Positions 46,747 to 58,897 of a DNA stretch of 60,837 bases are shown one piece after another; position 1 is the stretch's first letter; every line of letters begins with the position of its first letter. Under the pieces are notes generated by a model. The model saw only the letters and a program-made list of their open reading frames with translations, did not search any database and had not been told where the DNA came from. The DNA comes from Chara braunii (Eukaryota; Plantae; Charophyceae), in the NCBI GenBank assembly GCA_003427395.1, contig BFEA01000001.1, forward strand, positions 3,943,506-4,004,342, written 5' to 3'. The position numbers were made by a program, and so were the translations under genes.

Positions 46747-49700
46747 CTACCTGCAAGGGCGAAGTTGTCTGTCCGATACCGGGGTGGGTCGGGCGGGACG
46801 AGCTGCTTCCTTAGCAAGGCGTCGCTTCTCATAGTTGGCGAAGATAAGGGGTCCAGAAGTCTGCAAATCTGTACTGGAGATCCACCGAGTGTCATCAGGC
46901 GCACATTGTTTGAATGTGACTTTGAACTGCATTGGCTTGTTGCCATACTTGCAATGCGTGATGACTCGGTCGACTTCCTGATGTCCGTCCATAGAAGGCG
47001 GATCCTGTGATCGACGGCCGGGAAACTCGTCGGCGGAAGGTGGCGTGTAGATGGCCAGCTTCGACGCGTGGAAGACCCGGTGCACTGGAAGGTGCGGAGG
47101 AATGTTGACCACAAAGGAAGGACCTGCGGGGTCGTCTCCAACGACAGAAGTGACTTCCCATGGTCCGAACCATTTCGGAAGGAGTTTGCGCGAAACGTCT
47201 TGCTCGAGAGCAAATTCCTCGGAGAGGACCCAAACAAGGTCTCCCTCGCGGAAAGGACATGGAAGTCGACGTCGGTTAGCCTGCTGCTGCATGCGGACCT
47301 GAGCCTTTTGCATATTCGCGCGGGCTTTGATCAGCAAGTCCCGGTACTTCCGAACGGAAGCGGGAGAGCAAGGGACGTCTATGTCGGCAGCCTGTGGCAA
47401 AAGGAGATCAGCGAAGATCCGTGCTTTCTCTCCACCATGATGTAGCTCGAATGGTGTGACGCAGATCGCCGGGTGCACCGAAGTGTTATAGGCGAACTCG
47501 ATGTCGGGAAGCCGGTCAACCCAATCTTTCTGGTCGGGACGGATGAGCGTACGCAACATCATCTGAGCGGTCTGGTGCGCTCGCTCCGTCTGGCCATCCG
47601 TCTGCGGGTGCCGAGTCTAGCTCGGCTTCATTGTCGTACCGGACTAAGCCATGAGGGAAGTCCAAAAAACCGACATGAAGCGAGTATCTCGGTCGCTCAC
47701 TATGTCTTCCGGAACACCCTGGTTGGTAATCCAACCGGTGTGCAAGAGTCGTGCGAGCTCAGGCGCTACAGCATGATACTTGCAAGGAAGGAAGCGAGCA
47801 TACTTGCTCAAACGGTCAACGACCGTGAGAATACCGTCATGGCCGTGGCGATCACGGGGGAACGGGCCTGTCACGTCCATAGCAATGGAGAGGCGCGGTG
47901 CCCGAGGAATCGGCAACGGTTTCAGTTCGCCGAAGGGGACTCGAGATCGACCCTTGTTACGGTGGCAAACTGCACATGACTCAATGTACCTCGTAACGTC
48001 ATGAAGGACGTCGGGCCAGTGAAAACGCCGCCGGAGGCGTGCTAATGTGCGGTTCACGCCAAGGTGTGCCGAAAGTCGTGCCTCGTGGAATTCGCCGAGA
48101 AGACGAGTCCGTAAGATGCAATCTTGGGGCACAACTAACAAGTCCTTTCCTCTCGCGTGAAGGAGAAGGAACCCGTCGAAAATCCGATAGTGGCTAGCCA
48201 GCGGGTGATCCGATGAAAGCTCCGCGTAAAGCGTAGAGTAAGTCGGATCGGACTTGTAGCCTTTGACGAAATGCGGCTGCAGATCGTCATCGAGGTCGAA
48301 TGTCGTGGTCACTATGGCACAAAAGTCGGGCCGTCGTGAGAGGGCGTCCGCAGCTCGATTGGCGGGACCGAGAATGTGGCACGGGTCAAAGTCGAACTGG
48401 TCGATGTAATACATCCGTCGACCGATCGTGCTAGTGACCGTATCCTGCGTTTTGTAAAAGGTCAACGGATTGTTATCCGTATTCCATTTAAAACGTCGAC
48501 GGCCGAGAAGAAAGTGGCGCCACCGTTTGAGAACGGTGACGAACGCGAGTAGCTCTTTCTTCCTAGCGTCGTCGAGAGTGTTTACGAGAGGCACCTTTTG
48601 GGAGAAGTNCTCGACCGGATGCCAACCGTCCTCGTGACACTGTTCCAACACCGCACCGATACCGTATCCCGAAGCGTCCGTAGTCACTTGGGTGGGAAGG
48701 GTGGGGTCATATATACGGAGGGCATGTGGGGCTTGCATTGCTGCCTTCAACGTAGTGAACGCGCCACGGGCTGCGTCGTCGAACTCGAAGGGCACCTTAG
48801 GGGACTGAAGTCTCGACAAAGGAGCGGCCACTTTCGAGTATGACTCGATTAATTGCTGATAATATCCAGCCAAACCCATAAAAGAGCGTACATCCGTCGT
48901 GCAACGGGGTTCCGGCCAATCCACGATGGCTTGGATCTTGTCCGCTAAGGGACGAATGCCTTTCGGCGTGACAAAATGACCCAAGTACTCAAGCTCCTGC
49001 TTGGGGAACTCGCACTTGTCGAGATTCGCTTTGTACTTGGCTAGTCGCAAACGATCCAGAACAATGCGAAGGTGTACGATGTGCTCGTCCAACGTCCTAC
49101 TGTAAACCAAGATGTCATCAAGGTAGATGAGGACGCTGCGATCGAGCAAGTCGCGAAACTCAGTCGTCATCACTGCTTGGAAAGTCGCGGGGGCGTTGGT
49201 GAGGCCAAAAGGCATGACAACCCACTCAAAATGTTCGTACCGCGTCTTGAACGCGGTCTTGTACCGATCTTGAGGCTGGATGTCAATCTGGTGGTAACCC
49301 GACTTCAAGTCCAACTTCGAGAAGATCATCAATCCGAGGGAGAGGGCCGGCGTTCTTTACGGTTTGTGCGTTAAGTTTACGATAATCGATGCATAACCGT
49401 AGATCTTTGTTCTTCTTCCGGACGAAGAGAACAAGGGCACCATAGTGCGAACAACTAGGGCGAATCCAACCCTTGTCAAGAAGGTCATCGAGTTGTGCGC
49501 GAAGCACCTCGAGTTCCTCTTCGCTCATGCGGTAGAGGCATCCACGCGGAGGGACGACGCTAGCCTCGAGAGTGATCCCGTGACGTATGGGCTGATCCGG
49601 AACCGTTCCGATGGGAGCCTCGAAGACGTCTCTATACTCATCCAAGAGGTGAGAAATGCGTGGGTCCGGCGGTGACGCGGCTGGTCCATCCGGCAAGGGG

Positions 49701-50200
49701 AGAGCATGCAAGAATACAAGGCCCATCTCCTCGATGTCATTCCGAGCAATGGCGTCGCGAATTCTCGCAACGGAAACCACGTGACAAGCAATCGAAGTGT
49801 GAGGGGTTGCGACCGTACATGGGACTAACACTCCGTTCCGATCACGGATGTGAACGGTTCGGTCATGAAAGTTCACCGGATGATCGGCGCTACGCAACCA
49901 AGACATGCCTAGAATCATGTCGAACTTGGTGTCGAGGATGTCAAAAGACACCGGCTCGCACGCAAGTGGCGCAAAGTATACCGGAACGTCGTCGACGCAT
50001 CGGTCAATTGACTTTTGCGTGCGGCCGTCCGCGAGTGTGACTTGCGTGGGTTGCGTTTTCCTTCGAACGCGAGGGCCATAAAGGCTTGGCTCATAAAGTT
50101 GCGAGACGCTCCGCAATCAATCAAGGTACACAGGTTGCCTTTCCGATTTGAATGCGGATATAGAGCAAAGGCGCGTCGGTTTCGGCGTACCTTTGGGAGG
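46747..50200 (-). pseudogene. pol of gypsy element 2 (PR, RT, RH, IN, chromodomain) with frameshifts and stops
   Basis: IDCGASRNF (PR); [39 protein letters not shown] (RT); TDASGYGIGAVL (RH); HEARLSAHLG..CAVC, IAMDVTG, VSDRDTRF (IN); QEVDRVITH..QFKVTFKQCAPDDTRW (chromodomain). Confidence 0.95.
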
Positions 50201-52579
50201 CGTACTCGCGGTCAATCTTCGCAAGATAGGAGCGGAGATCGACAACCGCTACCCCGTCATCCGTCAACGGAGCTGGTACTGTAGTGTGCAAATAGGAGNG
50301 TANANTTGCCATCAAGGCGTTGCAATGCGGCCTTGGCAAGGTTCCGGTCGAGGGTAGAGGCATCCAAGCGAAGTCCTCTCTCGTGAGCGGGTCAAGCTCC
50401 TCAAGTCTTGACCACGCCGTCGAGTCCCCGGAAATCAGTGGCGAGCTGACCGGATCACTTGCCGCCGGTGTACAGGCTGCGCATACGCAAGCTAAGTGCA
50501 CGTGGCTCGGCTGGTCTAGTGGTGGTACCAGCTGGGCGGCATAATCCTCGTACGTAGCACGAGAATCAGCGACTGACGCATGCTCCCCGGTAGTGACATC
50601 GATTGCTAGCAAGGCAACCGGTTCCGGCGGAGTGAGGAGAGGCGTCGCCCCTCTCCTTGTGTAACTCAGTTTCCCAAGTTAGTTGGGCGGGGTACGCGTG
50701 CCTTGCCCTTGTCCGGGGATTGTGCGGTAGTGTGTACGACACTATTGCACCATAGGCAATAACCGTACCGTTGACGTAAGTCAAATACTTCCTTGGTTGT
50801 CTTCTATGCCGTCCATGGCTGCTGCCCAGTTCCCGTCGATGTCGTCTCTTGTGTCGCCTTGTTCTTCCGAACTCTCTTGGGACGCTTCGGCGGGAGCGCT
50901 GCTACAATTCCTCCATCACTCGAGGATGCTGCTGCAGCGTGGAGATCGACTGTTTCTTCAGAAATCACAGCATTGTTATGTGCTGGTCGCTGATAGGCCG
51001 GCTTAGCCACATAGTGCGGCTGGGACTGCTTCTCGTTGGCGGCCTTGTCGTCCGTTTGGATGACCAGGTTTGGGTGGTCCAGAATAGCCTGGAACGAGGT
51101 ATAGTCGTACTCGTTGCCGAGTGCCGACCGCAATCCTGCGCATGATCGCGAGAAGAACTCGGATCGTTGGTTTGTAAAACTCAAATCGAAGCCTGGCGTG
51201 GTCACTATCTTCTGCCACTTAATCGTCCAGTCTCGAGTTGGCATATTTCCCTGTGAGCAAGTGTACACCTCGTTCATGGCCACCTTCACGACGTTGCGGA
51301 CCATGAATCGGGTGATCCATAGTTGCTCGAACTCCTTCCACGTAATGTGCGTGTGGAGTTCGGCGATAGTGCATTTCTTGGTAGCCGCCAGGTGATTCAT
51401 CCATGCCTGCGCTCCGCCAATCAGTTGTAGGTAGAGCGCCTTCAACATGTCTTCAGCCGGGACAGTGCGGCAGGATGCTTCCGTGAGGAAACCTTGCCAC
51501 CATGTCAAAGCTTCGGTCTTGTTGTAGTCGTCGAACTTGCTGATGGTGAACTGCGGCATCTTGAAATTCTTGGTAGCGGCGTCCGGTCTCGTCTGCAGCT
51601 TGGTGATGTCCGTTTTGATGGCGGCCACCGTGCTACTGATTGTGTCCGGCCCATTGAAAACACCTATGTCGCCGATGAGATTGACGACATGATCGATGCG
51701 CTCATTGAGCTACTTCGTCATGTCTGTCGTGTCTGTCGTGCAGCCTGGCGCTGCTTGGGGAGGCCTTGCCTCCAAGGTAGCAATGCGTGCATCCAGCTGT
51801 TTCAGCTGGTTGTCCGCGACCTTGACAGCTGCTGCAAGCGTCTTCACGTTGTGGTTCAGATCGTGCTGCAGCTGCCGTGTGGACTGGGAATGCAGCTCCC
51901 CCATGGTGCTGTTCCAAATGACGGCGCGCATTGTATTGAGTAGAATATCTGCCAGGTCTTGCCTCTCCTGTTGCACTGTCGTTGGCTCGCTGCCGGGTAC
52001 GGGGACATAACGCATCCCGTTGAGTACCGCTGTCCATTGTGCTTGATTAGCAATTACAAGTTCAGCGCTGTCGGCGTTGAGCTGATCGATCGCCAACTGG
52101 TCTGCCTCAGCTTGACGCCGGGTTTGAACTGCAGCTTCCTCTGCTAGCCGTAGTCTTTNGGCTGCNGCAGCCTNTTGCTGTTCCTTGACANGGGTGAGTG
52201 CGGCTGTATAGTCCTGCATTCTCTGAATGAAGTCCGGGAGGGGCTCATTCGACCCTTGCACCNGACAGACCGGTAAGGGTTCGGCATTACTAGCTGTNGA
52301 ACCNTCGGATAATGNTCCGCTGTGTGGCGTGTTCGCNATCTGAGTACTGGTCTGTGGCGGTTGTTGAGCTGGAGGNTGCTGTTGCTGTTGGAGATNGGCG
52401 ATCCTCTTGCTGCGTCGTGGCTGCTGTTCGGAGGCTGGCCCTGCTGGCATCAGGAACTGCTGCTGAAGGCTGGCTCGTCCGAAGGATCGCAGAACAGTGT
52501 GAGGGAGAGGGTGGGCACAGGGATAGAACAGATCAAGCAATATACATACAGTCCCTGTCCTAAGGATGGACTTAGACAC
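50200..52579 (-). pseudogene. gag of gypsy element 2
   Basis: ORFs 51710..52579 and 50804..51628 (FKMPQFTISKFDDY..W..F...TWKEFEQLWITRF capsid-like). Degenerate knuckle YCLWCNSVVHTTAQS near 50720-50760. Confidence 0.85.
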
Positions 52580-53540
52580 CTAATCAAGTAGAAAAATAAA
52601 TTTTCCCGTAAACAGCTCGAAAATTCGTAATAAGAAAAATAATAACGAATTATTTAATCAATAAAGATTAATAACGAAATAATAATTCTTAATGATAATC
52701 AATAAACAATATTTGCAATAATGATCATGAACGAATTTGAATTGTATCAAGATTAGGTATCCGTTGAGATCATCTTTGAGTCCGGGAGTTCACCGTTAAT
52801 TAGTGAACTACCCGGAAGTTGCAATGTTGAGGGTCAGATTCGGATTAGTTTGCCAAAAACATTTTTTCAGAAAAATCAGGAGAAAAAACACTCGAATTTT
52901 CAGAAACGTGAGATTTCGGGAATTTCCACCGCAAAAATCCGTTTTTTTAAGGCCTAAATCCGTTTTCGGAATTTCCAAAACAAGGGAAAGAAAAAAAAAT
53001 TCGCGAAAATTTCGGGCCCAACCCTAATTTTCCTCAATTCGGCGGAATTTCTGGATTTACGGTCCCAAAACGTTCGAATTCCCCAAGTTGGTTGAAAACC
53101 AAAAAAATTTCGTAACCCTAATTTCCAATACTGCAATAAAACGGAAATGCCGATTTTGCAAACGAAATACAGGATTAAAATCAGAATGCTGAATTCTAAA
53201 ACGGAAACTGAAATGAAAATCAGAATGCCGAATTAGACACTCACTGATTTCAACATAATCGTGAATCACTAATCAGAAATCCAAATTAGACAGAATGTCG
53301 GATTAGTATCAATTTATCGGAACTCGAATTAAACAGCCTACCGTAGTAAAACAGAAATCCGGATTACAAGTCTGAATACCTATTTGAATGGAAATGCCGA
53401 AACAAACAGAATACCAAAAAAAAAATTAAAAAAAATTGCAACTTTGAACTCGATAGTAATTCAGAGCTGATTTGGACGATTGAAAAAGCAATCTACTTCC
53501 TAAACAGACTTACCTGGTGAGCAGATCCGTGAAATGGTCT

Positions 53541-53552
53541 GCTCCGATACCA
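53541..53552 (-). promoter_or_regulatory. Primer-binding site (tRNA-Met type)
   Basis: Minus strand TGGTATCGGAGC, 4 nt inside the LTR boundary. Confidence 0.9.
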
Positions 53553-53556
53553 AAAC

Positions 53557-54710
53557 TGTTACATACTTCAATGAGTATGGGCAGAACCCAAGATCAACCA
53601 ATGTAGGATGAGCATATATGCAGCGGAAGTCTGATAAATGGACTGACTCACATAGACTGACTCACAGAGACATCACTCCACACACGTACAATCGTGAGAT
53701 GGTGGGGTCTGAGCCATACATGGACGATGCTCAGCCCCGTACACACATGCACAGATGAAGGTGGGAGGAGAGACGAAGGAGGTGGGAGATGTAGGTAGCA
53801 CCAAATGTCACCGAGATAGAAACCAGTAGGTCACCGATATGGTAATCCAAAATGTCATCGAACAAGATCAAAATGTCGAGGACAATAAGTCACCAATGNN
53901 GGAGATACAGANTCCTAATGTAACCGGTGTCAAATCTGTGATGCAGCCGAGTATCATCCCCAACAATCTCCAAGTCTCGAACCCGGTAAGTACCACAGCC
54001 TCTTACCACCGAAGTCCAACAATGATCTCTGTCCAACTAATATAAGTCTCCAGTCTGAAGAAGAAGAAGAAGAAGAAGAAGAAGAAGAAGAAGAAGGAGA
54101 AGAAGAAGAAGTCTGAAGAGAAGAAGAAGAAGAAGAAGAAGAAGAAGAAGAAGGAGAAGGGAGCCGAGGAGGAGAGAGAGAGAGGGGACTGGCGATGGGA
54201 GGGAGGAGAGAACCTCCGACTCCCGATACCTCAGGCGGCTATGGCCGCCGATATGCTCAGTCGCCGCCGCTGCTGCTCTGCTCGCTGCTGCTGCGCTAAT
54301 GCTGCTGCTGCCGCTGCTGCCGCTGCTCCTCGTGCTCCTGCGCTAAGAATAGCGCCAGCGCTGTTGCACCGTACCATACCGCACCGCTAGAGTGCCGGTG
54401 GGTTGATGGCCTGAAGTGAGGCCGGACCGGTCTTTTGTACCGGTGGGGCAGAGGCCGGCCTCAATGCTGCGAGGCCTGGCCGTGCCCTGAACCGTCAAGA
54501 TGGATGGTTCAGCCCCAACCGGCGGGCGGCAGCCTCAAGAGCGCCGCCAGGCCCAAACGGTAATGTCGTTTGGGCCTGCCCGTCGGGTCTGGTCCAAAGT
54601 GAGGCCTTTTCGGCCTGTAGTACCCCCAAGGTCGGGCCTTTAGGCCCTACTGTGTCCCTCTGGCCCTAAGTCGGGCCAGGTAGGACCCGTGTGGCGTCGA
54701 AGATGTAACA
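53557..54710 (-). repeat. 5-prime LTR of gypsy element 2
   Basis: TGTTACATAC...GATGTAACA, followed by TSD CATTG. Confidence 0.95.
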
Positions 54711-55160
54711 CATTGCCTGTCGTTAAACCTCCAGTTCCCAGGATAGTTGATGAGGCTACCTTACAAGGTTCGCGAGCCTGCAACTGCACATTTTCAAAGT
54801 GGCCTGCTGCTTTTGCGAATGGCCCAGGCCCTAATCGAAATGCTCTTACCATGTATAATACCGGTAAGAGCACTACTTAGGCTCGTGTGAACTGGTGGTT
54901 TAAAGAAACTACACTGTTACTACAGCCTAAAGGTAAAAAGGAGAGAGCCCTCTGCAGCATCTGTGTTCACTTGAGAATTGATGATTTGCAGCATATATGG
55001 CTGCAAAAGTGCATGCAAGGACGTTCTGGAGCTGGTCATGAAATGCAGTGGGCCCGCATTTGCTATGGTAGTACGGTGCGGACTGACAAGTTTAGTTCGC
55101 TGGGCAGGATTGCTCACCAGCCTGTCAGGGTTATGCTGAGGAGGTGGTTCAGCTGAGGTG
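54711..55160 (+). pseudogene. Probable LINE ORF2 zf-RVT remnant (continuation of 43515-44167 across the gypsy insertion)
   Basis: ALCSICVHLRIDDLQHIWLQKC (CX2C...H...C pattern) in ORF 54887..55156. Confidence 0.45.
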
Positions 55161-56794
55161 ATCTTGTGGACATTGTGGGCATTTTGAAAACTCGAAAAGA
55201 TGGGGATTGATTAAAGGGGACTCCATCTAATACTATTGTTGCATAACAAAAGGCTCAAGGAGTTCCGTCGAGCGCAAGTTCTCCAAAGAAGTGTTGCTGC
55301 CTTACATGGGAGCAGTATGTGCAAGAGCGAATGCCGAACGACACACACCTCGAAGAGACAAATGACTGTATCTGAAGAGGAGGAGCCCTCTGACAGCATT
55401 GTCAGGCGAAGGTGATTGGAAGCAGAGCGGTAAGATGAGAGAAGTTCAGGTAGGAGGTTCAACGGGATGATGCAGGATGCAGAACCTCGCAAAGTAAGCA
55501 GCGAGCATATGTCTCTAAGACTTACCTACCGTCATCAGCCACACAGAACATGTGGTCAGTATAGCTGTACTTGGGGGTAAATTTCAGTCTAGATACAGCC
55601 ATAATTACCAGGTGCTAGATTCAAGTGTGCCAATCTGATTTAAGTTCATTAAACTACAAAGCACACAGCTGAGGAGATCATGGGGAGCACCTTAGATCCG
55701 AACGTCCACTCCGAATAAACAAGATAAAGGCCTGGGCAACAATGGCGGTAGTTGCCTTCGTAAGAAGATAGGTAGAGTTTTCGGTCTCGAGAGGAAGTGA
55801 TGTTTTGTCCCATATCTATCAACTAAGTAAACGGACTTTGCAAAACAAACGATAAAAATACCGAAGACAAACATGAAGAGCGCACTGAAAACGTTCGTTC
55901 TTTTCATCATTTCTTCATTTAGCTCCGCCTTTACTGTGCCTCTCACGTACAAGGCTTGATATATGCTTCACTGCGTTAAAAAAAAAGTTGTTCGTGATGT
56001 GCCAAGTTGCGAACGACGTGCAATGTGATCCCCTGAATAGAAGGATCCATTGCCACAGGCCATGACTTTCAGCACCTGATCCCTGCTCCACCCCCTTTCC
56101 TTCCCCTCCGTCCCCTCGCCCTTTTACGAGCCACTGAGGCTGATACTCCTACTATCGGGGAAGTAATACTGCAGAAAAGAAGATCATTTGCGATGTTGAA
56201 TAAAAAATATTACAACTCACTATACCCCCAGTGCACAAGAAGAGAAAATCACTCCAAGACAACTGCACAACTGAATCTCAAACGAATGGTACAATGACTA
56301 CACAGAGTCGGTGCAGATAATTCCTACCTACTTCAGGCCTCTTGTGCCACTTTACTCTGTTGCGTCAGTCTTTTGCTGCTGTGCTGTGTATGCAACCCAG
56401 TCGTTGTGTGAATGGCTGCAGACCAACGACTGCTTGCCTGTCAACCAGCACAATCTATGCTTACAATATAACCGGCGCCAGATAGCACAGCTTATACCAG
56501 AATGCACAAACTTCCTTCCCATAGCTAACCCAGAAACTATCAGCAATCACCACCTTGCTTACCTTCTTCCTCTTGCTCTCTTTCACAATTCTTCAGAGTT
56601 TAAACCATGCATTTCTATAGCAAAACTAGAACAGGACAGACCTCAAAAGTCGTCAGGTTTTGGAAAAGCACAGACAACCAAAAGACCAATGCTGATCTTC
56701 CAAGTATCAGCTTGCCTGGTGGGTCCCGAAATCACTTGCTCAGTGCCATTCTGGTTACCACACATGTCACCACAACTTAGATTGATAGGTTCCC

Positions 56795-56895
56795 TCATGG
56801 TTAGCCACATGGTTAGCCACATGGTTAGCCACATGGTTAACCGCATGGCAACCACGTCAGTACCACATGGTTACCTCAAGCTTAGCCACATAGTT
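56795..56895. repeat. 12-bp minisatellite CATGGTTAGCCA, about 4 good plus degenerate copies
   Basis: Directly visible; gives MVSH repeats in the spurious ORF. Confidence 0.9.
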
Positions 56896-56932
56896 AGCAC
56901 ATAATTACCGCATGGTTGCTGGACAGTTAATA

Positions 56933-57038
56933 GCGTCTTCAACCGAATAGAACAACCCATCGTTATAACTGTATTTAGTGAAACGTTTAGTCGAGATACA
57001 GCAATAATGAACGGGTGTTCTATTCGGGTTGAAGACTG
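56933..57038. mobile_element. ~106-bp mini-MITE, Tc1/mariner-type, TA flanks
   Basis: Left gcgtcttcaaccgaatagaacaaccc; right gggtgttctattcgggttgaagactg (rc CAGTCTTCAACCCGAATAGAACACCC); TA at 56931-56932 and 57039-57040. Confidence 0.75.
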
Positions 57039-57707
57039 TAGGTGGGTCAGTCCCTTAAGACCACTTCATTTCAGCCATATGTAACCAGATGATTTCAGCC
57101 ATACGTGCACACATGATTTCCCTCGTATGTGACAACCTGATTTCAACAGTGTGCGGCATTGTGGAGAGAAGCGGTTAGCACGGTTGGCCAAGAGATTTGT
57201 ACAATGTCAGCACGGAACTTGATCTTTCAAACGTTCAGCAAGACAACATTAGATGAACAGTGGTGAGGAAAAGACAAATCAAATTAGATGGATATGACGG
57301 AATGTGAAGATCCCCGCATGACAGGTAGGATGTGCTTTCTGGTTCAGCCACTTAAACGAGCAGTACGTTTCACAACCATTTTTCTCCGACGCAGCCATGC
57401 TCGTGCTGCAAGTTCTGGCAAAATGGCTGGCGGCACCAGCCAAATGAAGGCCCGCGCCGTTTCATTTTCTGGGGGGTGCGCAGGGTGGTTCCAGGCTCCG
57501 CAAGGGAAAGGGTCAAACGTGCTGGCGGTTTAATTCTGCTCCACAGGAGTGGAGCCGAAGGAGGGTGGGCAACTGTACCTAACCTGCAGGCTGGATGGCA
57601 CATACCGATGCCTGTAGTGCAGGCAATCTGGTCTAAACCACCACGAGCTTGACAGGTGGTCTCCCTGTGTTTATTCAGAAAAGAAGGAAAAAGGGGAGTG
57701 TCTGTAC

Positions 57708-57830
57708 CTCAGAAAGGGTTTCCATCATTTGCAGTTTCTTCTTCTCCTGTGCATTAACGAAGTCCTCAAGCGGGAATAACACACCCTTTTGAATCTCGTG
57801 AAGTCGCAGTTCTGTCAACATATAGCACAG
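57708..57830 (-). CDS. Internal exon of a probable axonemal inner-arm dynein heavy chain (DNAH6-like N-terminal tail)
   Basis: 123-bp phase 0-0 exon bounded by ...ctgcAG and GTacag. Encodes LCYMLTELRLHEIQKGVLFPLEDFVNAQEKKKLQMMETLSE, which aligns without gaps to my recollection of the DNAH6 segment LCYHLSFMGLCYIEKCHTYTLQEFKAAQVIRLAEVTERLGE (from memory, not a search). Confidence 0.6.
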
Positions 57831-58897
57831 CTGCAGCCATCAACCCATCAACGACCCCCCACAATTAAAAACAAAACCATGAGTTAGGATGAAGTTTCCC
57901 AAAGAGGCAAACAACTTGAGGCAAAATTCAAAGTCCACCCCCACTTCCAGACATATAAACATCAGAAATCTTCCAGAAGACTTATCTGAGGGCTTGCTCA
58001 CATCAGGACCTTCCTCGACGCATTTGACTGCAATTACATCCAGATTCACTTTGAAAAAACAACTATTATATGCCCTAAATCTCTCCTCATCCCGCTGCAA
58101 AGCTGGGTGCACAAAGGGAACGGAGGTAAGGTTAGTCAGAGCCTCCCCAGAATTGAATGGAGCCATGACCAAAGGGTCGAAAAGAAAAAAAAGGTTAGCC
58201 ATCCTCATGTTTACCAGGCTATGTTGGATCTCAAGTTCATCGTACTTTTTTTTTTTTTTGTGAAAGCAACTTTTGTATGAATGAGGCTGGAAGCCGGGTC
58301 CAGCGTACCTTACATCAGATGTACTTGCTCATCACATCTCCCTATTATGGTCGACAGATCCTGATACATCGGCATTGATTGCGACCCAATTGGGGGGATT
58401 TACCACTGCTCCATCCCTGTGTTTCAATGCTACCTGTGCCTGCTAGGACTAGAAAGGATCTTGACACCTGCTTTCCTGTTCCCTGCCTATCCTGTTTCTG
58501 GGGAAACGTGGTCTTCAGCTGCTGCCCAATTGTGACCTTTGCCGGGAAGGTCCCTCTCGGACCACTGTAATGATATGCCAGAAATAGACTATTACTCCAC
58601 CGGGCACCTAACTTCGATGTTCCTCGCCGCAATTTCGGCATTTTTCGAACTGAAATCGTCAGGGCTTACTGGGTTCCCGGCAGTAGGACCTGATGATTTC
58701 AGTTCAGGAAAACGCCGAAATTGTGGCCAAGAACGTAAAAGTTAGATGCCCAAAGTGGCAAAGCTAGGACACCACCTACCGTCTTAAACCACCGCTACCC
58801 CCGATGTCGTAAAGTCGATTTTCCGGGGAGTTGGGGCCGTGAACGGCGCCGGGTCGGCAACCAAAAAAAAAAAAAAAAAAAAAAAAAAAACGAAGTT

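Larger units (their letters stand above)
44168..54710 (-). mobile_element. Ty3/gypsy LTR retrotransposon (chromovirus), near full length, decayed, 5-bp TSD CATTG
   Basis: TGTTACA...TGTAACA termini; CATTG at 44163-44167 and 54711-54715; PBS, PPT and all gag-pol domains on the minus strand. Confidence 0.96.

Noticed and set aside
46765-52591. Numerous plus-strand ORFs over gypsy element 2
   Set aside because: They are antisense shadows of GC-rich gag-pol coding sequence.
56311-56904. 197-aa ORF
   Set aside because: No domain, GTG start, and partly a 12-bp minisatellite; probably spurious.
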